A stretch of 64,000 nucleotides of DNA from Desulfobacterales bacterium (GCA_963668645.2 CAXXWC010000020.1:128001-192000), one strand, 5' to 3'. Counted from the first letter of the stretch, positions 41,314 to 50,246 are shown. A program made the numbers and translations. The notes: generated by a model from the sequence alone, not told the origin.

Positions 41314-42255
41314 ATGCTAGACGAACTGCGTGTGTTTTCGGGAAGTGCCAACCAACCTCTGGCCGCCGAGGTCTGCCGGCATCTCGGCATCGGTCTGGGC
41401 AAGCTGCAAGTATCCCGTTTTTCCAACGACAACCTTTTCGTGCAGGTGCTGGAGAACGTGCGCGAGCGGGATGTCTTCGTCTTCCAGTCGTTCACGCCGC
41501 CGGTCAGCGAGAACATCATCGAGCTGTTCATCATCATGGACGCCCTGCGCAGCGCCTCAGCCCGCCGCATCACGGCCGTGGTGCCCTACTATTCTTACGC
41601 CCGCAGCGACAAGAAGGACGCCCCGCGCATCTCCATCGCCGGGCGACTGATGGCTGATCTGCTCGGGGCCGCAGGGGCCAGCCGGGTGCTGACCCTTGAT
41701 CTGCACTCGGATGCGGTGCACGGTTTTTTCAGCATGCCGGTGGACCATCTGACCGCCATTCCGCTTATCGCAGACCATTTCATTCAAACCCGGGATCTTT
41801 CCAACGCGGTGGCCGTGGCCACGGATGCCGGAGGCGGCAAACGGGTGGGCAAGTTCGCCCGGCGGCTCAAGATCCCCATGGCCATCATCGACAAGCGCCG
41901 TCTGGGCGACACCAACGTGGAGCAGGGGCTGGTGGTGGGGTCGGTGGACGGACGCGACGCCATCGTCTTTGACGACGAGATCTCCACGGCCTCGACCCTG
42001 GTGGCCACGGTCAAGACCCTGGCCGCCGCCGGGGCACGGCGCATCGATGTGGGCGCCACCCATCCGGTGTTCTGCGGTCCGGCCATGGAAAACCTGGCGG
42101 CCATGGATGTCGCCTCGGTGGTGGTCACCGATACGGTCCACCTGCCCGAAGCCAAGCAGCGGCCCAACATCGTTCAGATCTCTGTCGCTCCGCTGATGGC
42201 CGAAGCTATCCGCCGCATCCATACCGGCGAGAGCGTCGGTTCGCTTTTCGTTTAA
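41314..42255 (+). CDS. prs: Ribose-phosphate pyrophosphokinase
   Basis: ENVR..DV, PYY.YARSDKK, DLH, D.GG, KRR, DDEI.T..T, IRRI..GESV. Confidence 0.92.
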   Translation: MLDELRVFSGSANQPLAAEVCRHLGIGLGKLQVSRFSNDNLFVQVLENVRERDVFVFQSFTPPVSENIIELFIIMDALRSASARRITAVVPYYSYARSDKKDAPRISIAGRLMADLLGAAGASRVLTLDLHSDAVHGFFSMPVDHLTAIPLIADHFIQTRDLSNAVAVATDAGGGKRVGKFARRLKIPMAIIDKRRLGDTNVEQGLVVGSVDGRDAIVFDDEISTASTLVATVKTLAAAGARRIDVGATHPVFCGPAMENLAAMDVASVVVTDTVHLPEAKQRPNIVQISVAPLMAEAIRRIHTGESVGSLFV

Positions 42256-42279
42256 CGCTTCGTCAATGGAAGAGAAATA

Positions 42280-42816
42280 ATGGAAATTCGTGAAGCCAGA
42301 GACACCGATTTGAGCGATGTGTTGTCGGTTGAGAAAGTGGCGTTCGGGTATGCCAAAGAGGCAGAGCTTGTAAAGGACCTGTTGAACGATCCGAGTGCCA
42401 AGCCGCTCTATTCGCTGCTGGCCTATGAAAACGGTAAAGCGATAGGGCATGTTCTGTTCACCGCGGCACGCTTGGAAGGCAAACGCCATGGGGCTTCCAT
42501 TTCGCTGTTGGCGCCGTTGGCGGTCATTCCCGACTACCAGAACCAGGGCGTCGGCGGAAAGCTCATAAGGCACGGCCTGGAACACTTGGCAGCGACTGGT
42601 GTCGAATTGGTCTTCGTGCTGGGGCACCCTGGGTATTATCCCCGCCATGGGTTCGAGCCGGCCGGTGTGCGGGGTTTTGAAGCGCCTTATCCGATCCCGG
42701 AAGAGCACGCCGGTGCCTGGATGGTTCAAGAACTGCGCCCGGGAGTGATCGGCCGGGTATCCGGCAGGGTCCGATGCGCCGGCATGCTGGATAAACCGGA
42801 ACACTGGCGAGAATAA
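42280..42816 (+). CDS. GNAT N-acetyltransferase (YhbS-like)
   Basis: LAPLAV.P..Q.QG.G..L, VLGHP.YY.R.GF. Confidence 0.9.
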   Translation: MEIREARDTDLSDVLSVEKVAFGYAKEAELVKDLLNDPSAKPLYSLLAYENGKAIGHVLFTAARLEGKRHGASISLLAPLAVIPDYQNQGVGGKLIRHGLEHLAATGVELVFVLGHPGYYPRHGFEPAGVRGFEAPYPIPEEHAGAWMVQELRPGVIGRVSGRVRCAGMLDKPEHWRE

Positions 42817-42940
42817 GAATCTCCCGCGAACGAAATGCGCAAGACCGACCGTTGATACAGCCGTAAAAAAGCCTCGAACGCAGCCTGTTATTCCAAAGAT
42901 CCGGAGACGAAAAATTTTAACATTTCGTAGCTTCGGATCA

Positions 42941-42968
42941 GAGATCCCTCACTTCGCTCGGGATGACA
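42941..42968. repeat. REP-like element half-site
   Basis: GAGATCCCTCACTTCGCTCGGGATGACA resembles a widespread extragenic repeat arm; single copy here. Confidence 0.4.
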
Positions 42969-43073
42969 TGGGCGGAATTTTGCCAGTTTGCCAAAGTTGA
43001 GATTCTAAAACAATGATCCACATATAGCCCATAAACCTGTTTTATGATCCATATGCGGACCAAAGGCAAGACG

Positions 43074-43412
43074 ATGCCCAAATCCATCACACGCACCTAT
43101 TCACGTTACAGCCGCGAGGCGGTGGCCCTTCTCGGCGCGCTGATCCGCGAAGCGCGCAATGAACGCAAGCTCACCGCCCAGGAATTGGCCGAACGCGCTG
43201 GTATTTCCAGAGGGATGCTGCAACGCATCGAAAATGGCAACCTCAAGTGCGAAATCGGCGCGGTCTTTGAAGTGGCGGCCATTGTTGGCGTCAAGCTGTT
43301 TGAAGCCGATGATGGCGCTCTGACGAAATACCTCAATCAAACCAGGGAAAAGCTGGCGCTTTTGCCAAAGTCTGTGCGCAAGAAATCCAAAGCGGTGCGC
43401 GATGACTTCTAG
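43074..43412 (+). CDS. XRE-family HTH antitoxin (HipB-like)
   Basis: R.AR....LT..ELAERAGISR..L.RIE.G; overlaps hipA remnant. Confidence 0.85.
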   Translation: MPKSITRTYSRYSREAVALLGALIREARNERKLTAQELAERAGISRGMLQRIENGNLKCEIGAVFEVAAIVGVKLFEADDGALTKYLNQTREKLALLPKSVRKKSKAVRDDF

Positions 43413-43644
43413 GGCACAAAAGGAAGCCTTTGTCTGGATATGGCTGCCGGGCGAAACCGAGCCTGTGGTGGCCGGACGGCTTGAAGCGGATAGCAGCAAT
43501 ATCCTGTTCAACTACGGAAAAAGCTTCATGGCGCGCATCGGCGACAGCAACCCTGCCATCGCGATTTACGAACCCAAATTGGGCGAGGTGGACAAGAAGC
43601 TTCTTTGGCGAAGGCAGTTTCTGAACCCCTATTTCCTTGAGTGA
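43402..43644 (+). pseudogene. hipA: HipA-family toxin with kinase core deleted
   Basis: HipA N-terminus (FVWIWLPG.TEPVVAG.L...FNYG.S...IYEP) fused to C-terminus (EVD..LLW.RQFLNPY). Confidence 0.75.
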
Positions 43645-43862
43645 TAGGCATGATTTTTAATAGAATCTATCTTGCGGATTGACTTGCAGCAACTCCTCTG
43701 CTATGGCCGGAATGTTTGATTAAACTCAAAATGGGAGGAGCCGTGGGCGCTGTACCCGAAGACCCCAATCGCCAGAAAAACCGGCGGGTGGGGTTTTGTC
43801 GTTTTCCGGACGCGGAGAGTACCGCAGCCGATAGAGGATGTGGTGGGGATATGGAGACATAA

Positions 43863-43893
43863 TTGACAAGGTAGTCGCAATCTGCGACTACCT
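43863..43893 (+). promoter_or_regulatory. TTGACA followed by a perfect operator-like palindrome
   Basis: AGGTAGTCGCA-atc-TGCGACTACCT at 43869-43893. Confidence 0.5.
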
Positions 43894-43953
43894 CTTCAGT
43901 TGGTGAAGGGCGGCATACTGTTGATTTACTAGAAGCTTGAAGAGGCGGAAAAG

Positions 43954-44244
43954 GTGAAAAAAATTATATTCGTCGTAATAATTGAAAAAATTCATAATCA
44001 AGAGATGTATGATAGTTATATCAGACAGGTTGCCGGGATTATCCAGGCACACAATGGAGAGTACATTGCAAGGAGCAACAAGCTAATACCATTTACTGGA
44101 GAGAAGCCGGAAAGATCCATAGTCATATCGTTTAATTCGATGGACGAAGCCAAAGGTTGCTTTTTTTCGGAAGAATATGAAAAGATAAAACATCTGAGAG
44201 AAAACAGCACAAAATCAAGGGCTTTCTTTATTGAGAATGACTGA
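43954..44244 (+). CDS. DUF1330 family protein
   Basis: Y..Y......I..H.G.Y.AR, F.S..EA...F.SEEY..I..LR; AT-rich. Confidence 0.85.
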   Translation: MKKIIFVVIIEKIHNQEMYDSYIRQVAGIIQAHNGEYIARSNKLIPFTGEKPERSIVISFNSMDEAKGCFFSEEYEKIKHLRENSTKSRAFFIEND

Positions 44245-44257
44245 GAGGCTAAAATTG

Positions 44258-44336
44258 ATACAACCAGGCGGTCAAGCGGCCATCAGGGGCTTGCGCACAG
44301 TTTCACCTGATGATGCCGCTTGCAGCTGCGTGAGAC
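44258..44336 (+). mobile_element. Degenerate integron attC-like site
   Basis: ATACAAC..CAAGCGGC-CATCAGG..CCTGATG..GCCGCTTG..GTGAGAC just after the DUF1330 stop. Confidence 0.45.
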
Positions 44337-44379
44337 TCTTATTAAAACGATGAACATTAAATGCGTTGAGGATGAAACA

Positions 44380-45159
44380 ATGACCTATAAAGACATCCTG
44401 TTTTCGACCAAAGGCCCGATTGCCACTCTGACCTTGAACAGCCCGAAGACAATCAACGCGCTTTCCAGAAATATGATCGGAGAGATGATCGAGGCTTTAA
44501 CGGCTGTATCACGAGATGAGTCGGTTAAGGTGCTGATCATAAAAGCAGCAGGCAAGCACTTCTGCGCGGGGCACAATCTATCCGAAATGGTGGATTCAGG
44601 GGTTAAGGAATATAAATTTATCTTCGATCAGTGCACCAGGATGATGCAGTTGATTCATGAGATTCCCCAGCCTGTGATTGGCCAGGTTCAAGGGATCGCG
44701 ACTGCCGCCGGATGCCAGCTTGCGGCATGGTGCGATTTGGTGATTGCCAGCGAAGATGCGAGGTTTTCAACGCCGGGGGTTAAAATCGGACTTTTTTGTT
44801 CGACGCCCATGGTTGCCATATCGAGAGCCATCGGACGGAAAATGGCCATGGAAATGCTGGTTACCGGGCGGGATTTCCCGGCAAAGGAGGCCAAAGAACT
44901 CGGCTTGGTGAACAGAGTCGTACCGCTTGAAGATCTCGATTCCACTACTGAAGAATTAGCGAAAAAGATCTGCGAAGCCAGCCGTTTCGCCCTAAGCATC
45001 GGCAAACAAGGGTTCTATGCCCAGATTGATCAAACTGATGACAAAGCCTTTCATTATGCCAAACATACGATCGTGATGAACAATCTGGCAGAGGACGCTC
45101 AGAACGGAATCAAGGCTTTTTTGGAGAAGAAGCCATCGGTGGAATGGAAAGATCGTTAA
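44380..45159 (+). CDS. Enoyl-CoA hydratase/isomerase family protein
   Basis: FCAGH.L.E, ATAAGCQL, PGV.IGLFCSTP, AFLEK. Confidence 0.92.
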   Translation: MTYKDILFSTKGPIATLTLNSPKTINALSRNMIGEMIEALTAVSRDESVKVLIIKAAGKHFCAGHNLSEMVDSGVKEYKFIFDQCTRMMQLIHEIPQPVIGQVQGIATAAGCQLAAWCDLVIASEDARFSTPGVKIGLFCSTPMVAISRAIGRKMAMEMLVTGRDFPAKEAKELGLVNRVVPLEDLDSTTEELAKKICEASRFALSIGKQGFYAQIDQTDDKAFHYAKHTIVMNNLAEDAQNGIKAFLEKKPSVEWKDR

Positions 45160-45464
45160 CTGTTATGCTTTGATTAAATTGCAATTCGAGATCTAGTCGA
45201 TTTTTAGTTCGGAGTTTCCATCTCATTGTTGAGTGATTAATTCACAACGATTGCCTTGGCAAGGGCTTACTATTTCAGTAAAACCAAAATGGGAGAAGCT
45301 GTTGTTTATCCATCTTTTCAAAGATAGATCCGTTGCCGTTTTCAGGAAATTCAGTGTTGGGAGGATCGAATTAAAGTACATATGAACCGAAGCGGCAGTC
45401 CAATATGATTGTATGCAGATTACAGTGATCTGGACGTTTTCAAAAAGCATTCGGGAGTGTTGAG

Positions 45465-45857
45465 ATGGAAATTCTGATAAAAAGCGACGATGAACAACTA
45501 ATGCAAAACATGCAGGCTGAACTAAGGGAAGTAATTGCAACTCAAGGCTTACAAGATGCACTGAAAACCGGAATAGTCACCCCGCAAGTTCCAGCGGAAA
45601 AGCACCGGGGCGATCCTATGACGGTTTTTACCGTGCTAGTGGCGGCGGTGAGCGCAGGTGGGGCGCTAACGGTGGCGTTGGGCAGAGACGGTTTTTTGAC
45701 TCAACTCGCGAGAGTTTTTGGAAAGTATATCGAAACCGGAAAGGTGCGAATAGCAGTAAAAGACAGCAGTCGAGAACTGGAAATAGAAGGCAGCGCGCGG
45801 CGGATTGAAAAAGTATTGGGTGAAGTTTTAGAACATATCAAACACCAGCAGGATTAA
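45465..45857 (+). CDS. Small membrane-associated protein, EACC1-like effector candidate
   Basis: KHRGD then hydrophobic VFTVLVAAVSAGGALTVAL, amphipathic helix, C-terminal beta-hairpin; stop 3 nt before the CHAT gene. Confidence 0.55.
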   Translation: MEILIKSDDEQLMQNMQAELREVIATQGLQDALKTGIVTPQVPAEKHRGDPMTVFTVLVAAVSAGGALTVALGRDGFLTQLARVFGKYIETGKVRIAVKDSSRELEIEGSARRIEKVLGEVLEHIKHQQD

Positions 45858-45860
45858 CCC

Positions 45861-48800
45861 ATGCATAGTTTCACCATCAAGCTCCACGCCAAAAGCACCC
45901 ACGACTACGAGCTGCAAAGTTTCGAGGAGGGTAAAACAATACCACTGGACGCTAGACCCTTGTCCATCGAGGCCGTACGGGATTTTGTCGAACGCATGGA
46001 AAACCAGTACAAAACCCCTGGTCTTATACCAAACACACTAGGCAAGGACTTATATCAGTGGCTGCGTGAGATGACCGCGCTGGACGAATGGCGGCGGCAA
46101 TACCGGCAAATCGCCCTGCATATCGACGGTGGTTTACGACAGTTGCCTTGGGAACTACTGCATGATGGGGAAATCTTTTTATGCACCAGAGATTTTATTC
46201 CGGTGCGCCGCGCCGCAGATTTTCAGCCGCAAAACCACGCGCCGAAAAATCGTCCGTTGCGAGTTTTGTTCATGGCCTCTTCGCCCACCGATGCGCCACC
46301 GGAACTAGATTTTGAGAAAGAAGAGGCACGTATTCTCTATGCCGCCAAGGGCATCGAACTGGTGGTGGAAGAAAGCGGCTCGCTGGAGGGTTTGCAGCGG
46401 GTCATTTCGGATTATCCTGAAAGCTGGTTCGATGTTGTGCATATCACCGGTCATGCCGATGTGGATGAAAGAGAGCCGTTTTTCTGGTTGGAAGATGATC
46501 TAGGTTGCAAGCAAAAAGCCACTGTCGAAGATTTTATTCGAGCCTTTGACGGGCGCTATCCGCGCTTGCTCTTTTTATCGGGCTGCAAAACAGGACAGCC
46601 CAATGCGGGCCTGCCGTCTTTAAGCGAAGCCCTGGCGAGGGCTGGCGTACCCGCGGTGCTGGGCTGGGCTTTGCCGGTGGGCGATGTGGCGGCGATCCAT
46701 GCGGCAGCGGCGTTATACCAACGTCTGGGCAACGGCAAGCGGCTGGATGAAGCGGTGACGAGGGCACGCCAGGCTTTATTGAAACGACGTTCGCTTTATT
46801 GGCATTTGCTGCGCCTGTACGCCAACGCCGATCCGTTGACTGAACTGGTTACAGCGCCGCGCACCAACGGCCGCGAAAAACTCAAAGCCAAAGAGGCCGC
46901 CACCCATTTTCTGGATGCTGAAACGGGCCGCATGCCAGTGTGCGCCAGGCAAAACTTCGTCGGGCGGCGGCGCCTGCTGCAACGCGCTTTACGGGTGCTA
47001 CGCAGTGAACCGGGCGACGCAGGCTACGCACCGGGCATTTTGCTCCACGGCATGGGCGGCCTAGGCAAAAGCAGCTTGGCGGCACGAGTGTGCGACCGGC
47101 TATCGCCGACGCATCGGCACTGGGTCTGGGTTGGCGGTATCAACGAGGCATCGGTGCTGCGAATGATTACTGAGAAAGCAAGAAATCCCGACATCAACGC
47201 AGTGCTGGAAGATCTCCGTTTACCCCTGGCGCAACGGCTGACCAAGGTACTGGAAAAACATTTGACCGAGACGCTGTTGTTTGTATTCGATGATTTTGAG
47301 CATAACGCCGAGTCGGAAGATTGGGGCGAAAAGCATGTTATCCCTTCTACAGATAGCATCCCAGTCCGCGCTACACCCCGTACCCACGCCGACGGCACCC
47401 TGGTATTACGAAGTGAGGCCGAAACCACCCTGCGTGCCCTTCTGCAAGCCATCCAGGAAAGCCAAAGCGACAGTCGTGTAATTGTCACCTGCCGCCAAAA
47501 ACTGGCGAATCTGTCGCTGCATGAAGAAGGACTCTATTCCATGCAAGGAGCGGAATGGGACAAAAAACGCCGCGCTCTGCCCGCCTTCGCAGAAAACTCC
47601 ATGGTTCCGGTGGAATTAAGAGAGCAGGCGGAAACCCTGGCAGCGGGCAATCCGCGGCTATTGGAGTGGTTGGACAAGGTACTGGCGGATCAGGAGACCG
47701 ACAGCGCTGCTGTGCTTGTGGCAATGATGGGCAAAGCTGCGGAATTCCGTGAAGATACCTTGCTCGATGCCTTGCTCGACCAACTCCCAGACAGCACCGT
47801 GCGTACGCTGGCCTTGCTGGCTTTGTATGAACTACCGGTTCCTGAAGCTGCGCTGAGTGCGCTTGTGCTCCCTATGTTTGTTGAAGGACTCCCCCGCCTA
47901 ATCAACCTCGGCCTCGTCGAGCACTGGTGCGTGAATGAGCAAGACTGGTACTTCGCTTCGCCGCTGCTCGCCCCGCTATTGACAAAGGCGTTAAGCCCGG
48001 CCGAACGTAACGCCGCACTGCAAGCCTCCACGCAAACCTTGTACAAGCTGTGGTGGCAGGAAAGCGGCGGGATTAGCGAAATTCAGTCTTTGGAAATTCG
48101 CCGTTTGGCTCACTTGGCCGGGGACCAGAAAATCGCTGCCGACGTCACTAAGTTACTATCTGCCCGCGCGATCAATAACAACCGCTACCGCGAAGCACAG
48201 CACTGGTGCGAGGAAACCTTGAAGTTGGGCGAAGATTACCGCCTGTGGCATCAATTGGCGAGGGCGGAGAAGGTGTTGGGAGAAAGTGATGTTTTGACTC
48301 ATTATGAACGAGCCTTAGCTCTTATTCCGTCAATGACGGATGAAACGAACAAAGACACGCTGAAAGAATACGGGGCGTTGATTTATGACTATGCCGATTT
48401 GCTTGTACAGTTAGGGCAAATCAAAGAAGCAATGAAACTTTATCAAGAGTCCTTATCAATTGATGAAACTTTAAAAGATACTCAAGGCAAAGCCGCGACG
48501 CTTCACAATATGGCGGGTGTCATCGCCCAGCAAGGCGACATTCCCCGCGCCCTGCAACTGTGGAACGAATCCCTGGAACTTCTGGAAAAAATCGGCGACG
48601 TGAAGGGCAAAGCCGCGACGCTATCCATGATGGCGGGTGTCATCGCCCAGCAAGGCGACATTCCCCGCGCCCTGCAACTGTGGAACGAATCCCTGGAACT
48701 TCTGGAAAAAATCGGCGACGTTCAGGGCAAAGCCGCGACGCTTCACAATATGGCGGGTGTCATCGCCCAGCAAGGCGACATTCCCCGCGCCCTGCAACTG

Positions 48801-50246
48801 TGGAACGAATCCCTGGAACTTCTGGAAAAAATCGGCGACGTGAAGGGCAAAGCCGCGACGCTATCCAATATGGCGGGTGTCATCGCCCAGCAAGGCGACA
48901 TTCCCCGCGCCCTGCAACTGTGGAACGAATCCCTGGAACTTCTGGAAAAAATCGGCGACGTGAAGGGCAAAGCCGCGACGTTATTCATGATGGCGGGTGT
49001 CATCGCCCAGCAAGGCGACATTCCCCGCGCCCTGCAACTGTGGAACGAATCCCTGGAACTTCTGGAAAAAATCGGCGACGTGAAGGGCAAAGCCGCGACG
49101 CTTCACAATATGGCGGGTGTCATCGCCCAGCAAGGCGACATTCCCCGCGCCCTGCAACTGTGGAACGAATCCCTGGAACTTCTGGAAAAAATCGGCGACG
49201 TTCAGGGCAAAGCCGCGACGCTTCACAATATGGCGGGTGTCATCGCCCAGCAAGGCGACATTCCCCGCGCCCTGCAACTGTGGAACGAATCCCTGGAACT
49301 TCTGGAAAAAATCGGCGACGTGAAGGGCAAAGCCGCGACGCTATCCATGATGGCGGGTGTCATCGCCCAGCAAGGCGACATTCCCCGCGCCCTGCAACTG
49401 TGGAACGAATCCCTGGAACTGAAGGAAAAAATCGGCGACGTGAAGGGCAAAGCCGCGACGCTATCCAATATGGCGGGTGTCATCGCCCAGCAAGGCGACA
49501 TTCCCCGCGCCCTGCAACTGTGGAACGAATCCCTGGAACTTCTGGAAAAAATCGGCGACGTGAAGGGCAAAGCCGCGACGCTATCCAATATGGCGGGTGT
49601 CATCGCCCAGCAAGGCGACATTCCCCGCGCCCTGCAACTGTGGAACGAATCCCTGGAACTTCTGGAAAAAATCGGCGACGTGAAGGGCAAAGCCGCGACG
49701 CTGGCGAACATGGCTTGGGTGGCGGGGCGTGATAACGATCATTCCCATGCCGCGGTTCTAAACCGTCAAGCTTTGCAAGCTCTGGTGCAAATATCGGCTT
49801 GGCTGGATGTCGTGACGGTATTGGATAATCTGGCAGATTCCGTAGACGACGGCGAAAGCCTGAGTTGCGTAGCCCAAGCCCTATGGCTGAGTTTGCGAAT
49901 CGGAGTGCCGGTTGGGCAGGTGTTGAAGCTGTGTGCCGAATTACTACACAAAACCGGCGGAGTGGCAGCCGAACATGCCCCCCTGATTGGCGCGGTGGCA
50001 ATATATGTTGTACAGACGCGCGCCATGGGGCATCCTAAATTGGAAGAACTGAGGCAATACGCGGGTGGCATGTTGGTGGCATGTATTATCGGCCAGGGGG
50101 TACATGAGGACGGCATACCTCAATGGCTCACGGAACAGGAATTGTTGGATGCGGCTAAACTTTTACCGGCAGTGGATAAATTGTTGAGTCATTGGGTGAC
50201 GGAATGGGCTTTCGATAAAAGCCCATTCGCTACGCCCGGACCGTGA
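45861..50246 (+). CDS. CHAT protease + STAND/NB-ARC-like NTPase + TPR array (NLR-like), 1461 aa
   Basis: LPWELL, HITGH (His 46452), LSGC (Cys 46584), FVGR, Walker A GMGGLGKS (47049), Walker B FVFDDFE, GNP.LL, 40-aa TPRs. Confidence 0.92.
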   Translation: MHSFTIKLHAKSTHDYELQSFEEGKTIPLDARPLSIEAVRDFVERMENQYKTPGLIPNTLGKDLYQWLREMTALDEWRRQYRQIALHIDGGLRQLPWELLHDGEIFLCTRDFIPVRRAADFQPQNHAPKNRPLRVLFMASSPTDAPPELDFEKEEARILYAAKGIELVVEESGSLEGLQRVISDYPESWFDVVHITGHADVDEREPFFWLEDDLGCKQKATVEDFIRAFDGRYPRLLFLSGCKTGQPNAGLPSLSEALARAGVPAVLGWALPVGDVAAIHAAAALYQRLGNGKRLDEAVTRARQALLKRRSLYWHLLRLYANADPLTELVTAPRTNGREKLKAKEAATHFLDAETGRMPVCARQNFVGRRRLLQRALRVLRSEPGDAGYAPGILLHGMGGLGKSSLAARVCDRLSPTHRHWVWVGGINEASVLRMITEKARNPDINAVLEDLRLPLAQRLTKVLEKHLTETLLFVFDDFEHNAESEDWGEKHVIPSTDSIPVRATPRTHADGTLVLRSEAETTLRALLQAIQESQSDSRVIVTCRQKLANLSLHEEGLYSMQGAEWDKKRRALPAFAENSMVPVELREQAETLAAGNPRLLEWLDKVLADQETDSAAVLVAMMGKAAEFREDTLLDALLDQLPDSTVRTLALLALYELPVPEAALSALVLPMFVEGLPRLINLGLVEHWCVNEQDWYFASPLLAPLLTKALSPAERNAALQASTQTLYKLWWQESGGISEIQSLEIRRLAHLAGDQKIAADVTKLLSARAINNNRYREAQHWCEETLKLGEDYRLWHQLARAEKVLGESDVLTHYERALALIPSMTDETNKDTLKEYGALIYDYADLLVQLGQIKEAMKLYQESLSIDETLKDTQGKAATLHNMAGVIAQQGDIPRALQLWNESLELLEKIGDVKGKAATLSMMAGVIAQQGDIPRALQLWNESLELLEKIGDVQGKAATLHNMAGVIAQQGDIPRALQLWNESLELLEKIGDVKGKAATLSNMAGVIAQQGDIPRALQLWNESLELLEKIGDVKGKAATLFMMAGVIAQQGDIPRALQLWNESLELLEKIGDVKGKAATLHNMAGVIAQQGDIPRALQLWNESLELLEKIGDVQGKAATLHNMAGVIAQQGDIPRALQLWNESLELLEKIGDVKGKAATLSMMAGVIAQQGDIPRALQLWNESLELKEKIGDVKGKAATLSNMAGVIAQQGDIPRALQLWNESLELLEKIGDVKGKAATLSNMAGVIAQQGDIPRALQLWNESLELLEKIGDVKGKAATLANMAWVAGRDNDHSHAAVLNRQALQALVQISAWLDVVTVLDNLADSVDDGESLSCVAQALWLSLRIGVPVGQVLKLCAELLHKTGGVAAEHAPLIGAVAIYVVQTRAMGHPKLEELRQYAGGMLVACIIGQGVHEDGIPQWLTEQELLDAAKLLPAVDKLLSHWVTEWAFDKSPFATPGP
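48481..49715 (+). repeat. Intragenic tandem array: ten 120-bp units plus a partial 11th
   Basis: Directly visible near-identical units encoding GKAATLxxMAGVIAQQGDIPRALQLWNESLELLEKIGDV[KQ]. Confidence 0.98.

Noticed and set aside
45153..45168. Second attC after the enoyl-CoA hydratase (TAAC-TGTTATGC)
   Set aside because: Only core-like heptamers with no intervening palindrome
48481..49715. CRISPR array or type III-E (Craspase) locus suggested by repeats plus a CHAT/TPR protein
   Set aside because: Repeats are contiguous in-frame 120-bp coding units without unique spacers, and no cas genes are in the window
48481..49715. True TALE protein or DGR target
   Set aside because: Units are 40-aa TPRs, not 33-35-aa TALE repeats; no reverse transcriptase or separate template repeat is visible. 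The TALE comparison is only an analogy
48560..49732. Alternative-frame repeat ORFs (390 aa and antisense)
   Set aside because: By-products of a stop-free repeated unit; no independent start signals
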